A stretch of DNA of 64,000 nucleotides, taken from the NCBI GenBank assembly GCA_937867415.1, contig CALMKO010000055.1:2534-66533 (forward strand), given 5' to 3'. A program made the position numbers and the translations under genes. This document shows, one piece after another, positions 1 to 11,716 of the stretch. The notes under the pieces were generated by a model, which had not been told where the DNA came from, ran no database searches, and saw only the letters and a list, made by a program, of their open reading frames with translations. Positions within the stretch are counted from its first letter, which is position 1, and each line of letters opens with the position of its first letter. This DNA comes from an uncultured Verrucomicrobiota bacterium (GTDB lineage Bacteria > Verrucomicrobiota > Verrucomicrobiia > Verrucomicrobiales > Akkermansiaceae).

Positions 1-924
1 CTGGGTTTGCTCATGATGTTGATTCCCGAGGGGCAGGCGTCGGCTTGGCAGCTGGCTGTGGAGTCGTGGGATCCTGAAGTGCCGTGGGATTTGCCCGAGA
101 TCATCACGCGCACGGTCGTCGGCTGTGTGATCGTCGGGATGTCGTTAACGGATGCATTCGTGACGGGGGGCGGTTTCGGAGTGTATATCAACAACCGCAC
201 TTGGATCGAGGGCTGGGATGTGGAGCTAGCCTTCCGGCGGATGGCGCAGCGCTTGGGCAAGGGGGCGGTGTTGGTGATTTCCCTATTCATGGTTTGCCAG
301 TTCGCCCGGGCGGAGGAAGTGCGGATGCCGCATGAAGTGATCCAGGAGGTGAAGGCGGACGAGGCGTTCAAGGTGCATACCGTGACGGATAAGGTGCCAA
401 AAAACTCTTCAGGGAGCGGGCTGCCTGTGGAGTGGGTGGGAACCTTGATGCAGCTGTTCGCGATCTGCGCGGTGGTCTTGTTGGTGGGGGGGATCGGCTG
501 GGTGATTTGGAAAAACCGGCATCTTTTCCTGATGGGAAGCCGCGGCGGTAAAGAGCCGTTACCTGCGCCGAAGGCACGGGTGGTGCTGGGGATGGAGGTG
601 GCGGCGGATTCCCTGCCGGTGGATGTGCCGTCGGCGGCGTGGGCGCTTTGGCGGCAGGGGCGGCATCAGGAGGCGCTGGGCTTGCTTTACCGCGGGGCGA
701 TTTCCCGGGTGATCGAGTCGGGAGGAGTGGAGATTCAGGAGTCGGACACCGAGGGCGATTGTCTCCGCCGCGTGGAAAAGGTGGGGGCTGCGGTGCATCC
801 GGGGTATTTCCGCGGGATCACGGGTGCTTGGTCGCAGCTTGCGTATGCGGGTGTCAGCCCGCGGGATGAGCAGGTCGAGGCGCTGTGTCGCGAGTGGCCG
901 TTTGGAGAAGGGAGGGGCGGATGA
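1..924 (+). CDS. DUF4129-family membrane protein (5' truncated by window edge)
   Basis: Frame open from base 1. TM segments, then a DUF4129-like C-terminus (EALGLLYRGAISRV...SDTEGDCLRRV...WSQLAYAG). ATGA overlap with next gene; typical neighbour of DUF4350/MoxR/DUF58. Confidence 0.7.
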   Translation: MGLLMMLIPEGQASAWQLAVESWDPEVPWDLPEIITRTVVGCVIVGMSLTDAFVTGGGFGVYINNRTWIEGWDVELAFRRMAQRLGKGAVLVISLFMVCQFARAEEVRMPHEVIQEVKADEAFKVHTVTDKVPKNSSGSGLPVEWVGTLMQLFAICAVVLLVGGIGWVIWKNRHLFLMGSRGGKEPLPAPKARVVLGMEVAADSLPVDVPSAAWALWRQGRHQEALGLLYRGAISRVIESGGVEIQESDTEGDCLRRVEKVGAAVHPGYFRGITGAWSQLAYAGVSPRDEQVEALCREWPFGEGRGG

Positions 925-2006
925 GGCGGGGATGGGCCATGGTGCTCGCGCTGTTCCTCGTCGGGTGCGACTACACGGAAGTGACACGGGAAATCGGTTA
1001 CAAGGGTAAGGCGAGGGTCAACCCGTGGCTGGCGGCGGAGCGTTTCGTGGCGCGGTATGGATACGTGGTCAAGTCGTTGCCGGCGTGGAGGGCTCCCGAA
1101 GTCGATGATGCGGTGTGGTTCGTGCCGGCGTCGATTCTGAGTAACCAGAGCTTCACGCGGCAGGTGGATTCCTGGGTGGATGAGGGCGGGCATCTGGTTC
1201 TGTTAGTCGAGCACGCGGATTCTGAGACGAGCGACTGGAGCCGGGACTCAGGTGTGCCGATGATCGAGGGGGCGTTGACTGATTTGTTAGGTGATGCGGG
1301 GATCGAGCTGGGGGAAGCGGGCGGGGCGATGAAGGTTTCTGAAATCGACTTCGAGGGGCGGTCCTATCAGGTCGCGGCGGAATCGCAAACCAGCGTGGCG
1401 GAGGCGGGTGGCAGTCCGGGCGTTTTTGTGTCGGTCCGCAAGGGGGATGGACAGGTGACGGTGCTGACGGATGCCCGGCTTTTCCGCAACCGGTGGATCG
1501 GTGATCATGAGCACGCGGCATTGCTTGATGCTTTGATTGAAAGTACGGGTTATGAGGGGGATGTTGGTTTTCTGCGTGGGTCGGGGCTCTCGTTGTGGGG
1601 GTTGTTAGGGAATCATCTTTGGCCGGTATTGCTGGGGCTCGGCGCGGTGGTGGTGCTTTGGTTGTGGAAGAACTTCAGCCGCTTCGGGCCGGTCGAGACC
1701 GCTGCGGCGGAAACCACTCTGCGGGGGTATGAACATCACCTCGAAGCGCTGGGTGATTTCCAGTGGCGCTTGGATCGGGCGGCCGGCTTGCTGGCCCCCG
1801 TGCGCGGCCAGATTGTCGAGCGGGGACAGCGGGTTGCGGCACGCAGCGGGCGTCGGGATGACGATTTCTTTCAATTTCTAGCAGACCGAGCGCAATTGCC
1901 CCGTGAGCGGGTGTTTCGTGCCTTGGTCGAGGAATCTCCGGCGGACCCGGCGATCCTGACCCGCACGACTTCAGATCTCCAACGTTTACTCCAAGTTCTT
2001 CACTGA
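921..2006 (+). CDS. DUF4350-family protein, probable lipoprotein with a C-terminal TM segment
   Basis: ATG at 921 overlaps the upstream stop. Lipobox LFLVGC; GQVTVLTDARLFRNRWIG...HAALL motif; TM LWPVLLGLGAVVVLWLW followed by RFGP; EHHLEALG motif. Confidence 0.7.
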   Translation: MRRGWAMVLALFLVGCDYTEVTREIGYKGKARVNPWLAAERFVARYGYVVKSLPAWRAPEVDDAVWFVPASILSNQSFTRQVDSWVDEGGHLVLLVEHADSETSDWSRDSGVPMIEGALTDLLGDAGIELGEAGGAMKVSEIDFEGRSYQVAAESQTSVAEAGGSPGVFVSVRKGDGQVTVLTDARLFRNRWIGDHEHAALLDALIESTGYEGDVGFLRGSGLSLWGLLGNHLWPVLLGLGAVVVLWLWKNFSRFGPVETAAAETTLRGYEHHLEALGDFQWRLDRAAGLLAPVRGQIVERGQRVAARSGRRDDDFFQFLADRAQLPRERVFRALVEESPADPAILTRTTSDLQRLLQVLH

Positions 2007-2016
2007 CCATCCATCC

Positions 2017-3009
2017 ATGAATCCAGACCCCTATGCCCCGGTTCCTCAAGAATATCAGCCCGTTTCCCCGCTGGCGGGGTTGATCCAGCGAATGCGTGAC
2101 CAGATCCGCCGGGTGATCCTCGGTCAGGACGTGGTGATCGAGCAGGTTCTGGCGGCTCTGTTAGCAGGTGGGCATGTATTGTTGGAAGGAAAGCCGGGCT
2201 TGGGGAAAACCCACCTGGTGACGACCCTGGCGCGGACTTTCGGCGGGGTTTCCGCAAGGATTCAGTTCACTCCGGACCTGATGCCCTCGGATGTGACGGG
2301 TTTCCGTTTGTTTGACATGAAAAGTCAGACATTCCAGCTCAGGCAGGGGCCGGTGTTCACGAACCTGCTGCTTGCGGATGAGATCAACCGCGCGCCAGCG
2401 AAGACGCAGTCCGCTTTGTTGGAGGTGATGCAGGAGTTGCAAGTCACCATCGACGGGGAGACTCTCAAGCTCAAGCCGCCATTCATGACGCTGGCTACGC
2501 AGAACCCGGTGGAACATGAGGGGACCTACCCTTTGCCGGAGGCGCAGTTGGACCGCTTTATCATGAAAGTGTTGATCGATTATCCCGAGCGTGTGGCGGA
2601 GTGTGAGATCGTGACCCGTGCGGCTGGGGAGGTTCCAGGCGGCCAGGGTCGCGGGGTGGCGGTGATTTGTGGGCCGGAGGATATCGTGCTGGCGCAGCAG
2701 GCGACCGCGGCGGTGCAGGTGGTGCCGGAGGTGGTCGGGTATGCGGTGGCTCTGGCGCAGGCGACGCGGGAGTCGAGGTCGATTTCACTGGGTGCGGGGA
2801 CCCGCGGGGCGATCAGCCTGGTAAAGATCGGGAAGGCCTTTGCGGCGCTGGAGGGCAGGGGATTCGTCACCCCGGATGATGTCAAGCGGGCGACGCTTCC
2901 GGTGCTCCGGCATCGGGTGCAGCTGACCCCTGAGGTGGCCATCAGCGGGCAGGATGTGGACGATGTGCTACGTGCCATCGTGGAAAGCGTGCCAGCACCC
3001 CGGCAGTAA
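2017..3009 (+). CDS. MoxR-family AAA+ ATPase
   Basis: Walker A GKPGLGKT, RIQFTPDLMPSD, Walker B LLADEINRAPAKTQSALLE, ATQNPVEHEGTYPLPEAQLDRF. Confidence 0.95.
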   Translation: MNPDPYAPVPQEYQPVSPLAGLIQRMRDQIRRVILGQDVVIEQVLAALLAGGHVLLEGKPGLGKTHLVTTLARTFGGVSARIQFTPDLMPSDVTGFRLFDMKSQTFQLRQGPVFTNLLLADEINRAPAKTQSALLEVMQELQVTIDGETLKLKPPFMTLATQNPVEHEGTYPLPEAQLDRFIMKVLIDYPERVAECEIVTRAAGEVPGGQGRGVAVICGPEDIVLAQQATAAVQVVPEVVGYAVALAQATRESRSISLGAGTRGAISLVKIGKAFAALEGRGFVTPDDVKRATLPVLRHRVQLTPEVAISGQDVDDVLRAIVESVPAPRQ

Positions 3010-3016
3010 TCTGGTA

Positions 3017-4321
3017 ATGAGTCCGACATCCCGATTTCTCGCGCTTGGCGTGGTCTGGTTGCTGCTGGCAGCCATTGCCTCGGCCGTGCCGTGGTTGATG
3101 ACCGGTTGGTTGTGGCTGGGCGGGGTGATGGGTGCGGTGGCGGTGGTCGATGGATTTCTGTCTCTTGTCAGGAAGCCATTGGACGTGCAGCGGCGTTTAC
3201 CCGGCCGCTTTGCCTTGGGCGAGGCTGGGGAGGTGGGTTTGGTGATCCGCAACCCGGGAGCTGCGGCTGCGGAGGTGGAGATTTTTGACGGGATTCCTCA
3301 AGGGGCGGCGGCTCCGGCTTTGCCGTGGAAGGGGGTGGTGGCTGCGGGGCGTGAGACCAAGGTGTTTCACCCGGTCACGTTGACCGAGCGGGGTGAGGCG
3401 GTTTTCAGTCCGGTGCATGTGAGGCGGTTTTCACCGCTGGGGCTGTGGACCCGCAGGACGCTGCATCTCGGGCATGAGGTGGTGAAGGTCTATCCGAACT
3501 ACGAGCCGGTGATTCGGTTTGCGCTGTTAGCGATGCAACATCGGGAGAGTCCGATGGGAATCGTGCGGCGGCCGCGCGCGGGGTCGAGTCGGGATTTTCA
3601 TCAATTGCGTGATTATCGAGACGGAGACCCGCTGGCACAAATCGACTGGAAGGCCACGTCCCGGCGGCAAGTGTTGATCAGCCGCGACTACCAGGAGCAG
3701 CGGAATCAATCGATTGTATTTCTGGTGGATACCGGGCGTCGGATGCGCGCGCTTGACGGTGGGCTTCCGCAGTTTGATCACATTTTGAACGCCATTTTGT
3801 TGGTTGCGCATGTGGCATTGAAGCAGGGAGATCAGGTGGCGGTGAAGTCGTTTGGGGGGGCGGACCGGTGGTTGCCTCCGATCAAGGGAGCGCACGCGAT
3901 GCCGGTGCTGTTGAACCATTTGTATGATTATCAGACGACGGCGGCACCGAGTGATTTCAGTGGTGCGGTGGAGCAGGTGATGGTCCGGCAGCGGCGGCGG
4001 TCATTGGTGATCCTTCTGACGAATCTGCGGGGGGAGGATGGCAAGGAGTTGGTGCCGGCCTTGCAGGTCCTCAACACCCGTCATCTTGTTCTGTTGGCTA
4101 GCATGCGGGAGCGGGCGGTTGAGGATTCCATTCTGGGGCCCGTGGGTTCGTTTTCGTCGGCGCTGAGGTTTCTGGCGGCGGACCGTTATGTGCATGAACG
4201 GCGTGAGGCCTTGGCCGTCTTGGAGCGCTTGGGAGTCTTGACCTTGGACTCGACGGCGCAAGACTTCGCGATCGCGTTGGCTAATTGTTACTTCGACATC
4301 AAAGCGGCTGGAAGAATCTGA
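3017..4321 (+). CDS. DUF58 domain-containing protein (vWA-like)
   Basis: DFHQLRDYRDGDPLAQIDWKATSR and degenerate MIDAS-like VFLVDTGRRM. N-terminal TM. ATG 3017 lies 7 bp after the MoxR stop. Confidence 0.9.
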   Translation: MSPTSRFLALGVVWLLLAAIASAVPWLMTGWLWLGGVMGAVAVVDGFLSLVRKPLDVQRRLPGRFALGEAGEVGLVIRNPGAAAAEVEIFDGIPQGAAAPALPWKGVVAAGRETKVFHPVTLTERGEAVFSPVHVRRFSPLGLWTRRTLHLGHEVVKVYPNYEPVIRFALLAMQHRESPMGIVRRPRAGSSRDFHQLRDYRDGDPLAQIDWKATSRRQVLISRDYQEQRNQSIVFLVDTGRRMRALDGGLPQFDHILNAILLVAHVALKQGDQVAVKSFGGADRWLPPIKGAHAMPVLLNHLYDYQTTAAPSDFSGAVEQVMVRQRRRSLVILLTNLRGEDGKELVPALQVLNTRHLVLLASMRERAVEDSILGPVGSFSSALRFLAADRYVHERREALAVLERLGVLTLDSTAQDFAIALANCYFDIKAAGRI

Positions 4322-4480
4322 GCGGGCTTGGCTACGTGATTGCGGGATGGCAATAGGGCCGATTTCTGGCAGATTCGAACCCGCAAGGGATAGCACAAAG
4401 CCCCCCAAAGGGCCCACGGGCATCGGAACAAGGGATCCGGTGTCCGTGGTTTTTGCCCTCGTGCATTTCCTAGGCGGGTC

Positions 4481-6763
<2,283 letters not shown>

Positions 6764-6819
6764 TCAAAAGCAATTGCTTCGGCAATTTGCTCGGATAGGC
6801 GGAGCGGGTGGTGAGGCGA

Positions 6820-7159
6820 TGTGAATAACTTGGGAAAACTTTCAGAAGCCCCTTGTTTAAAGGGGGTGGGAGCGTTTTGTGAAATTCGGCCCGGCGTAAA
6901 AATCAATCAATTGTAAATGGTCCGGAAAAATTAAATGTTTTCTTGCATATCCCCGCCTTCAAACGATTGATTGATTTTTTTGTGATTGATCGTTAGTGGG
7001 TTACGATCTTTTTTTTCGATGGTTCCCGATGATTCACAGGTTGTTCACATGGGTGAATGGGACAAGCGCCACGCCGTTGCTGGGGATTGGGAAAGCGTTG
7101 TTTCGAAAAAACGTGGCCCGAAATTTCCCCTCTTGGCGACTGTGAATAACTTGGGAAAA
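6820..7159 (+). repeat. 19-bp perfect direct repeat TGTGAATAACTTGGGAAAA
   Basis: Copies at 6820-6838 and 7141-7159, both preceded by GGCGA(C). Confidence 0.9.
6898..6979. repeat. 14-bp perfect inverted repeat AAAAATCAATCAAT / ATTGATTGATTTTT, 54-bp spacer
   Basis: Arms at 6898-6911 and 6966-6979 are exact reverse complements. Confidence 0.9.
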
Positions 7160-7370
7160 TCTTGAAGTTTGCCGCTCCATTTTGCATGGAATCCTGTAAA
7201 TCAGGGGCGAAATTGGCACTTTCCTGGCTGATCGTTCATCATGAACTCGCTTGGGTGGGGCAGGTGTCGGCGATTTACGCTTTACGGCGCGGGGCGATCC
7301 ATTCACATAAGCACACCTCCCGCGCATCAGTGGCGGAATTTATCAACCAATTCATTAAAAATCACCCATC

Positions 7371-7802
7371 ATGGATATTCAAATCGCGACATTGTGCGAC
7401 TTCGCAGCTGATTACAACGGCAAGCTGGTCATTTCTGGAACCTTCGACACCCTTGCAGCCCGCGCGATGCCGGTCGTGCATCCTTCCTGTGCGCTTGCCA
7501 TGCGTTTTTGTTTCACCCCGGAAGACGAGGGGCGCCACAAGCTCTCGATCAACATCATTGATGAGGATGGGGAATCGCTTGACCCGAACAATATGCCCAT
7601 CGAGCCTGAATTCGAGGTGAAGCTGCCGAAAAACGTTCCTTTCCTGACTCGCAATATTGTGATGAATCTTCAAGGCCTTCGTTTTGCGCAGGCGGGAATC
7701 TACTCGATCGATATCGGCTGCGACGATGAAATCCTGGTTCGCCTTCCCTTGCGCATCGTTCAGGTGACTCAGGGACCGAATGGTGAATCTCAGATGGCGT
7801 AA
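7371..7802 (+). CDS. DUF6941-family protein
   Basis: 143 aa beta-rich protein starting IATLCDFAADYNGKLVISGTFDTL and ending GIYSIDI, a pattern I associate with DUF6941. Confidence 0.6.
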   Translation: MDIQIATLCDFAADYNGKLVISGTFDTLAARAMPVVHPSCALAMRFCFTPEDEGRHKLSINIIDEDGESLDPNNMPIEPEFEVKLPKNVPFLTRNIVMNLQGLRFAQAGIYSIDIGCDDEILVRLPLRIVQVTQGPNGESQMA

Positions 7803-7829
7803 TGCCGCGGGCTGGTGTAACAATGCGTC

Positions 7830-8639
7830 ATGCCTTGCTACGCTTCTTATTCTTGTGCTCTCGTCACCGGTGCTTCATCGGGTCTTGGAGAAGAATTTGC
7901 CCTTCAGATCGCGCCACGAGTCGGCAAGCTGGTGCTCGTGGCGCGGCGTGAGGTTTTGTTACAAAAGCTCGCGGATACGGTTCGCGAGCAATTTCCGCAT
8001 GTGGCGGTGGCAGTGTTTGCCGTGGACTTGCAGAACGGTGTCGAGCGTGAGCGTCTGGTGGAACGCTTGTCTGAGACGGGATTTGTGCCCGACCTTCTTG
8101 TGAACAATGCAGGGTTGGGAGATTACGGCGAGTTTGCGTCGTCCAACTGGGAAAAGCTGGAAGCGATGCTGCAAGTGAATGTTGAGGCGCTTACCCACCT
8201 GACCCATGCCTTGGTTCCGGCAATGATCCGGCGTGGTAGCGGGGCGATTGTGAACGTGAGTTCGTTGGCGAGTGTGATCCCGATCCCGGACTTCGCGGTG
8301 TATGCGGCCACGAAAGCGTATGTCACCAGTTTTTCCGAGGCTCTGAGAATCGAGTTGCGGGAGCATTGCATTCCGGTCCTGGCGGTCTGTCCCGGCCCGG
8401 TGCGCACCGAGTTTGGAAAAGTGGCGCGGCGCGGGCCGGATGCTCCTGAAATGCCAGCCAAAAAATCATTTTACGTGCCGAAAGAGCAGGTGGTGGCAGA
8501 ATCTCTGGCGGCCTTGGATCGCGATGCGCCAAGGGTTTATCCGGGCTTGAAAACGGCAGTAGCGGCGCTGGTCTTGTGCGCCTTGCCGATGGTGGTGCTG
8601 CGCGTGGCCATGGGTTTCAGGCCTCGTAGAAATGGTTGA
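7830..8639 (+). CDS. SDR-family NAD(P)-dependent oxidoreductase
   Basis: ALVTGASSGLG, LLVNNAG, NVSS and catalytic YAATK. Confidence 0.95.
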   Translation: MPCYASYSCALVTGASSGLGEEFALQIAPRVGKLVLVARREVLLQKLADTVREQFPHVAVAVFAVDLQNGVERERLVERLSETGFVPDLLVNNAGLGDYGEFASSNWEKLEAMLQVNVEALTHLTHALVPAMIRRGSGAIVNVSSLASVIPIPDFAVYAATKAYVTSFSEALRIELREHCIPVLAVCPGPVRTEFGKVARRGPDAPEMPAKKSFYVPKEQVVAESLAALDRDAPRVYPGLKTAVAALVLCALPMVVLRVAMGFRPRRNG

Positions 8640-8708
8640 GAAGATCAGGCGGCAATGAAATTTTTGGATTTCCTTGAATAAGGAAGTTCGGTCCTTCACG
8701 CTTCGCCC

Positions 8709-9197
8709 ATGATTCAAGTTCCATTGATCAAGACTGCGGGCCTGGGGATGTTGATCGCCGCACTTTCCCTCGGAATCGCCTGCGCGGCCCCTTATGCCGT
8801 GGGTTCCAAAGTGGATGCGTTCCAAGCCAAAGATCAATTTGAGGCGGATTTCACCTTCAAACCATCCGCCACGCGTTACCTTCTTGTCAGTCATGATATG
8901 GAGACTGGGAAAAAGGCAAACGCCGCGCTATCGGCGCTCGGCAAGGACTTTTTGGGATCGAAAAAGGCGGTTTACATGGCCAATATCTTCGGAATGCCGG
9001 GAATCGGACGGATGTTCGCCATGCCCAAGATGAAGAAGTATAACCATCAAATCATCCTTGCCGATGACGCCGCGTTGATTGCGAACTTCCCGGAACAGGC
9101 TGGCAAAGTGACCGTTTTGACTCTTTCCGGCGGTAAGGTTGCTTCCGTGAGCTACTGGACTCCGGGGGCCGAGGATATCGGCACCTTGCTGAAATGA
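8709..9197 (+). CDS. Exported hypothetical protein, redoxin/thioredoxin-like fold without CxxC
   Basis: Signal peptide (AALSLGIACAAP), then AVGSKVDAFQAKDQF, resembling AhpC/redoxin N-termini (vG...pdf.l.Dq.g). No Cys in the mature part. Confidence 0.5.
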   Translation: MIQVPLIKTAGLGMLIAALSLGIACAAPYAVGSKVDAFQAKDQFEADFTFKPSATRYLLVSHDMETGKKANAALSALGKDFLGSKKAVYMANIFGMPGIGRMFAMPKMKKYNHQIILADDAALIANFPEQAGKVTVLTLSGGKVASVSYWTPGAEDIGTLLK

Positions 9198-9465
9198 GGG
9201 GGGCCGCACTTTTGACCGGCTTCCATCCCGGGACACGGGTGATGGGTATTCCATCCATCACCCCGGAGATCGGATTGTCGCGTCCTTACGGTCGGACCAT
9301 TCCAGTCATCGGAGTTTGCCTCAGCGGTGCGCATTTCAGGTTTGCCACCTTCATCGTCCTATCCATTCGCTGGTAAGTGGCATCGGGTGGTCGAGTTTCA
9401 AACACCGGAACGCTCCGAAGCATCAGATCCTGCCTTGATTTCTAGATGAGCGACCGCCCTTAAAG

Positions 9466-9876
9466 TCACTCGCCCGCAGGTGGGCGGCGCATGGATTTTT
9501 TCCGGGAGAGGATGCGCTTGTCTGCGACGCTGCGGGTTTTAGAGTTCCGCGAGCGCGGACGTTTTTGGCGGCGCAGTTTTTCAATCGCCTGGGTCTTGGC
9601 GGTGGCGGTTCCCTGGGCGATGGATTCCAATTGGTCACACAGTTCGCGGCGGGCCAGGAAGCGATTCATTTCGCGGGACCGATCCATCTGGCACTTGATG
9701 CACACTCCCGTTGGCAGATGTTTGAGGAATACGCAGTTCGACGTCTTGTTGATCTTCTGCCCACCTGCTCCCGACCCGCGGATAAACTTTTCTAACAAGT
9801 CGGCCTCCACGATTCCAAGCGCGGTCATCCGCGCTGCCAAGGCGGTGAGTTTTTCGGAGCTGAGCGGATTTTCCAC
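9466..9876 (-). CDS. Short peptidyl-tRNA hydrolase / release-factor-like ribosome rescue protein
   Basis: 136 aa, GTG start. FIRGSGAGGQKINK with intact GGQ; basic C-terminal tail (KLRRQKRPRSRNSK...RKKSMRR). Confidence 0.9.
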   Translation of the reverse strand: MENPLSSEKLTALAARMTALGIVEADLLEKFIRGSGAGGQKINKTSNCVFLKHLPTGVCIKCQMDRSREMNRFLARRELCDQLESIAQGTATAKTQAIEKLRRQKRPRSRNSKTRSVADKRILSRKKSMRRPPAGE

Positions 9877-10073
9877 GGCGGGAGATTACTGGAATTAGCA
9901 TGGGATCACAAGGTCGGATCAGAGAACAAGAACATCCCAACAGCGGCGGGCAGGCACGTTGGTGGCTGTGACGGGTATGGTTTCCCGTCCGGATGCTCTT
10001 CTCTCGTGAGATCCTGGGGTTGATCGTAAATTGAAAATTGCATCGGATCCCCGAGGCACCCTAGTTTCCCGTC

Positions 10074-10964
10074 ATGAATGAAGCGCGCATTGGATTTGTA
10101 GGAGTCGGAAGAATGGGAGCGAACATGGCACGCCGCTTGAGGGACCAGGGCTACCCGGTCACTGCGGTTTATGATCATCACCCAGCATCCGCAGCAGAAT
10201 TGGCTGCGGAGCTTGGTTGTGCCGCATTCACCTCACTTCCCGAGGTCACTGCGGCGGCGGATGTCATTTTCACGGTGGTGACGGATGACCAGGCAATGCT
10301 TGAAATTTTCAAACCTGACGCCTCCCTGTTGATCGGCGCGGCGGGCAAGGTCTTTATCAATTGTGCCACGGTCAGTCCTGCGGTGCACGAGGCTGTGGAA
10401 ACCGCCGCCAAGGCCGCCGGCGCATCCACCTTGGCGGCGAGCATGGCCTCCAGCATCACGCAGGCCCGCCAAGGGACGCTCTATCTGATGGTGGGCGGTG
10501 AAGCGGACGTTTTTGCAAAACAGGAAACGCTTCTGAAATCCATTTCCAGCTCGTTACGACATGTGGGGCCCGTCGGAAATGCGGCGAAAATCAAGGCCCT
10601 GGTCAACATGGTGATGAACATCAACACCGCCGGACTCGCGGAAGGCCTCGGCCTCGGAGCCGCGCTCGGCCTGGATCTCGCCGTGCTCAAGGAGATCTTT
10701 GCACAAACCGGCGCGAATTCCCGCGTCTTGGAGACCGATGGTGATGACATGATCACCCGCGAGCACGATTGTTATTTCTCTGCCGCCCATGCGGCCAAGG
10801 ACAGCGGCATCGCCAATGCATTGGCCACCGCGGCCGGGATCCAGGTGCCGCTCTCGCTGGCGACGGAAGCCCGGTATCAGAAAATGATCGACCTCGGACT
10901 CGGTGGGCTTGATAAGTCCGGCATCGCCGAACTGACATTTCCCGGACGCAACGAAAAGCTCTAA
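10074..10964 (+). CDS. NAD(P)-dependent beta-hydroxyacid dehydrogenase (3-hydroxyisobutyrate dehydrogenase family)
   Basis: IGFVGVGRMGANMA Rossmann motif; GTLYLMVGG; catalytic Lys in AAKIKALVN. Confidence 0.9.
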   Translation: MNEARIGFVGVGRMGANMARRLRDQGYPVTAVYDHHPASAAELAAELGCAAFTSLPEVTAAADVIFTVVTDDQAMLEIFKPDASLLIGAAGKVFINCATVSPAVHEAVETAAKAAGASTLAASMASSITQARQGTLYLMVGGEADVFAKQETLLKSISSSLRHVGPVGNAAKIKALVNMVMNINTAGLAEGLGLGAALGLDLAVLKEIFAQTGANSRVLETDGDDMITREHDCYFSAAHAAKDSGIANALATAAGIQVPLSLATEARYQKMIDLGLGGLDKSGIAELTFPGRNEKL

Positions 10965-10975
10965 CAAGTCGAATC

Positions 10976-11707
10976 ATGATTACCGACAGCCTCGTCACCA
11001 ACCGCTCGGGTGAGCGCATCGAATTCACGTATCATCAGACGGCGAGGGCGGACGCTTTGGTGATCCTGGGCCATGGCCTTACGGGAAACAAGGATCGGCC
11101 GCTGTTAGTGGCGCTGGCTGAGGGACTGGCCGGGCGCGGGTGGCCCTGCCTGCGCATTTCCTACACGGGAAATGGAGAGTCGGAAGGAAACTTTACGGAC
11201 TCGTGCATCACCAAGCAAGTCGGTGATTTACAGGCGCTGTTAGACCTGGTCCCGAATACGGCGAGCGTCGCTTACATCGGGCATAGCATGGGAGCCGCGG
11301 TGGGTGTGCTCACCGCCGCACGGGACCTGCGGATCCGGGTGCTGGTCTCCCTCGCCGGGATGACTCACACCCGAGCTTTCGTCGAGCGTGAGTTTTCCTC
11401 GATCATCCCCGGTCAGGGCAACATGTGGGACGAGGAGGCTTGCCCGCTATCCCAAGGCTTTGTCACGGATCTAACGGAGATTGAAAGCACCTTGTCCGCG
11501 GCAGAATCGCTCACCCAGCCGTGGCTGTTGATTCATGGCGACGCCGATGATGTCGTCCCGGTGCAAGACGGTCGTGACGCCTGCGATGCGGCCATCTGCG
11601 AAAAGAAACTGGTGGAACTCGTCGGGGCTGGGCATTCGTTCGATGAAGCCCTTTATCCGCAGTTGGTCGAGGAGATCGACCTATGGCTGAAGCTGAAAAT
11701 TTCCTAA
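10976..11707 (+). CDS. Alpha/beta hydrolase
   Basis: GHGLTGN oxyanion region, nucleophile GHSMG, HGDADDVVP, GAGHSF. Confidence 0.9.
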   Translation: MITDSLVTNRSGERIEFTYHQTARADALVILGHGLTGNKDRPLLVALAEGLAGRGWPCLRISYTGNGESEGNFTDSCITKQVGDLQALLDLVPNTASVAYIGHSMGAAVGVLTAARDLRIRVLVSLAGMTHTRAFVEREFSSIIPGQGNMWDEEACPLSQGFVTDLTEIESTLSAAESLTQPWLLIHGDADDVVPVQDGRDACDAAICEKKLVELVGAGHSFDEALYPQLVEEIDLWLKLKIS

Positions 11708-11716
11708 CAGAATACC

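Larger units (their letters stand above)
6820..7307. promoter_or_regulatory. Cluster of DnaA-box-like 9-mers around an AT-rich core (candidate oriC)
   Basis: TGTGAATAA (= TTATTCACA, perfect TTWTNCACA) at 6820-6828 and 7141-7149; one-mismatch boxes at 7030-7038 and 7041-7049; two-mismatch at 7299-7307. GC counted by hand: 35% at 6901-6960, 30% at 6961-7020. Confidence 0.45.

Noticed and set aside
4360-4420. tRNA T-loop-like GGTTCGAATC on the minus strand downstream of icd
   Set aside because: The T-stem does not pair beyond two positions, and no acceptor, anticodon or D arm can be built.
7214-7229. Sigma54-like -24/-12 element TGGCAC-N5-TGGCT
   Set aside because: One mismatch in the -12 box, about 140 bp from the next start, and no supporting context; a chance match is plausible.
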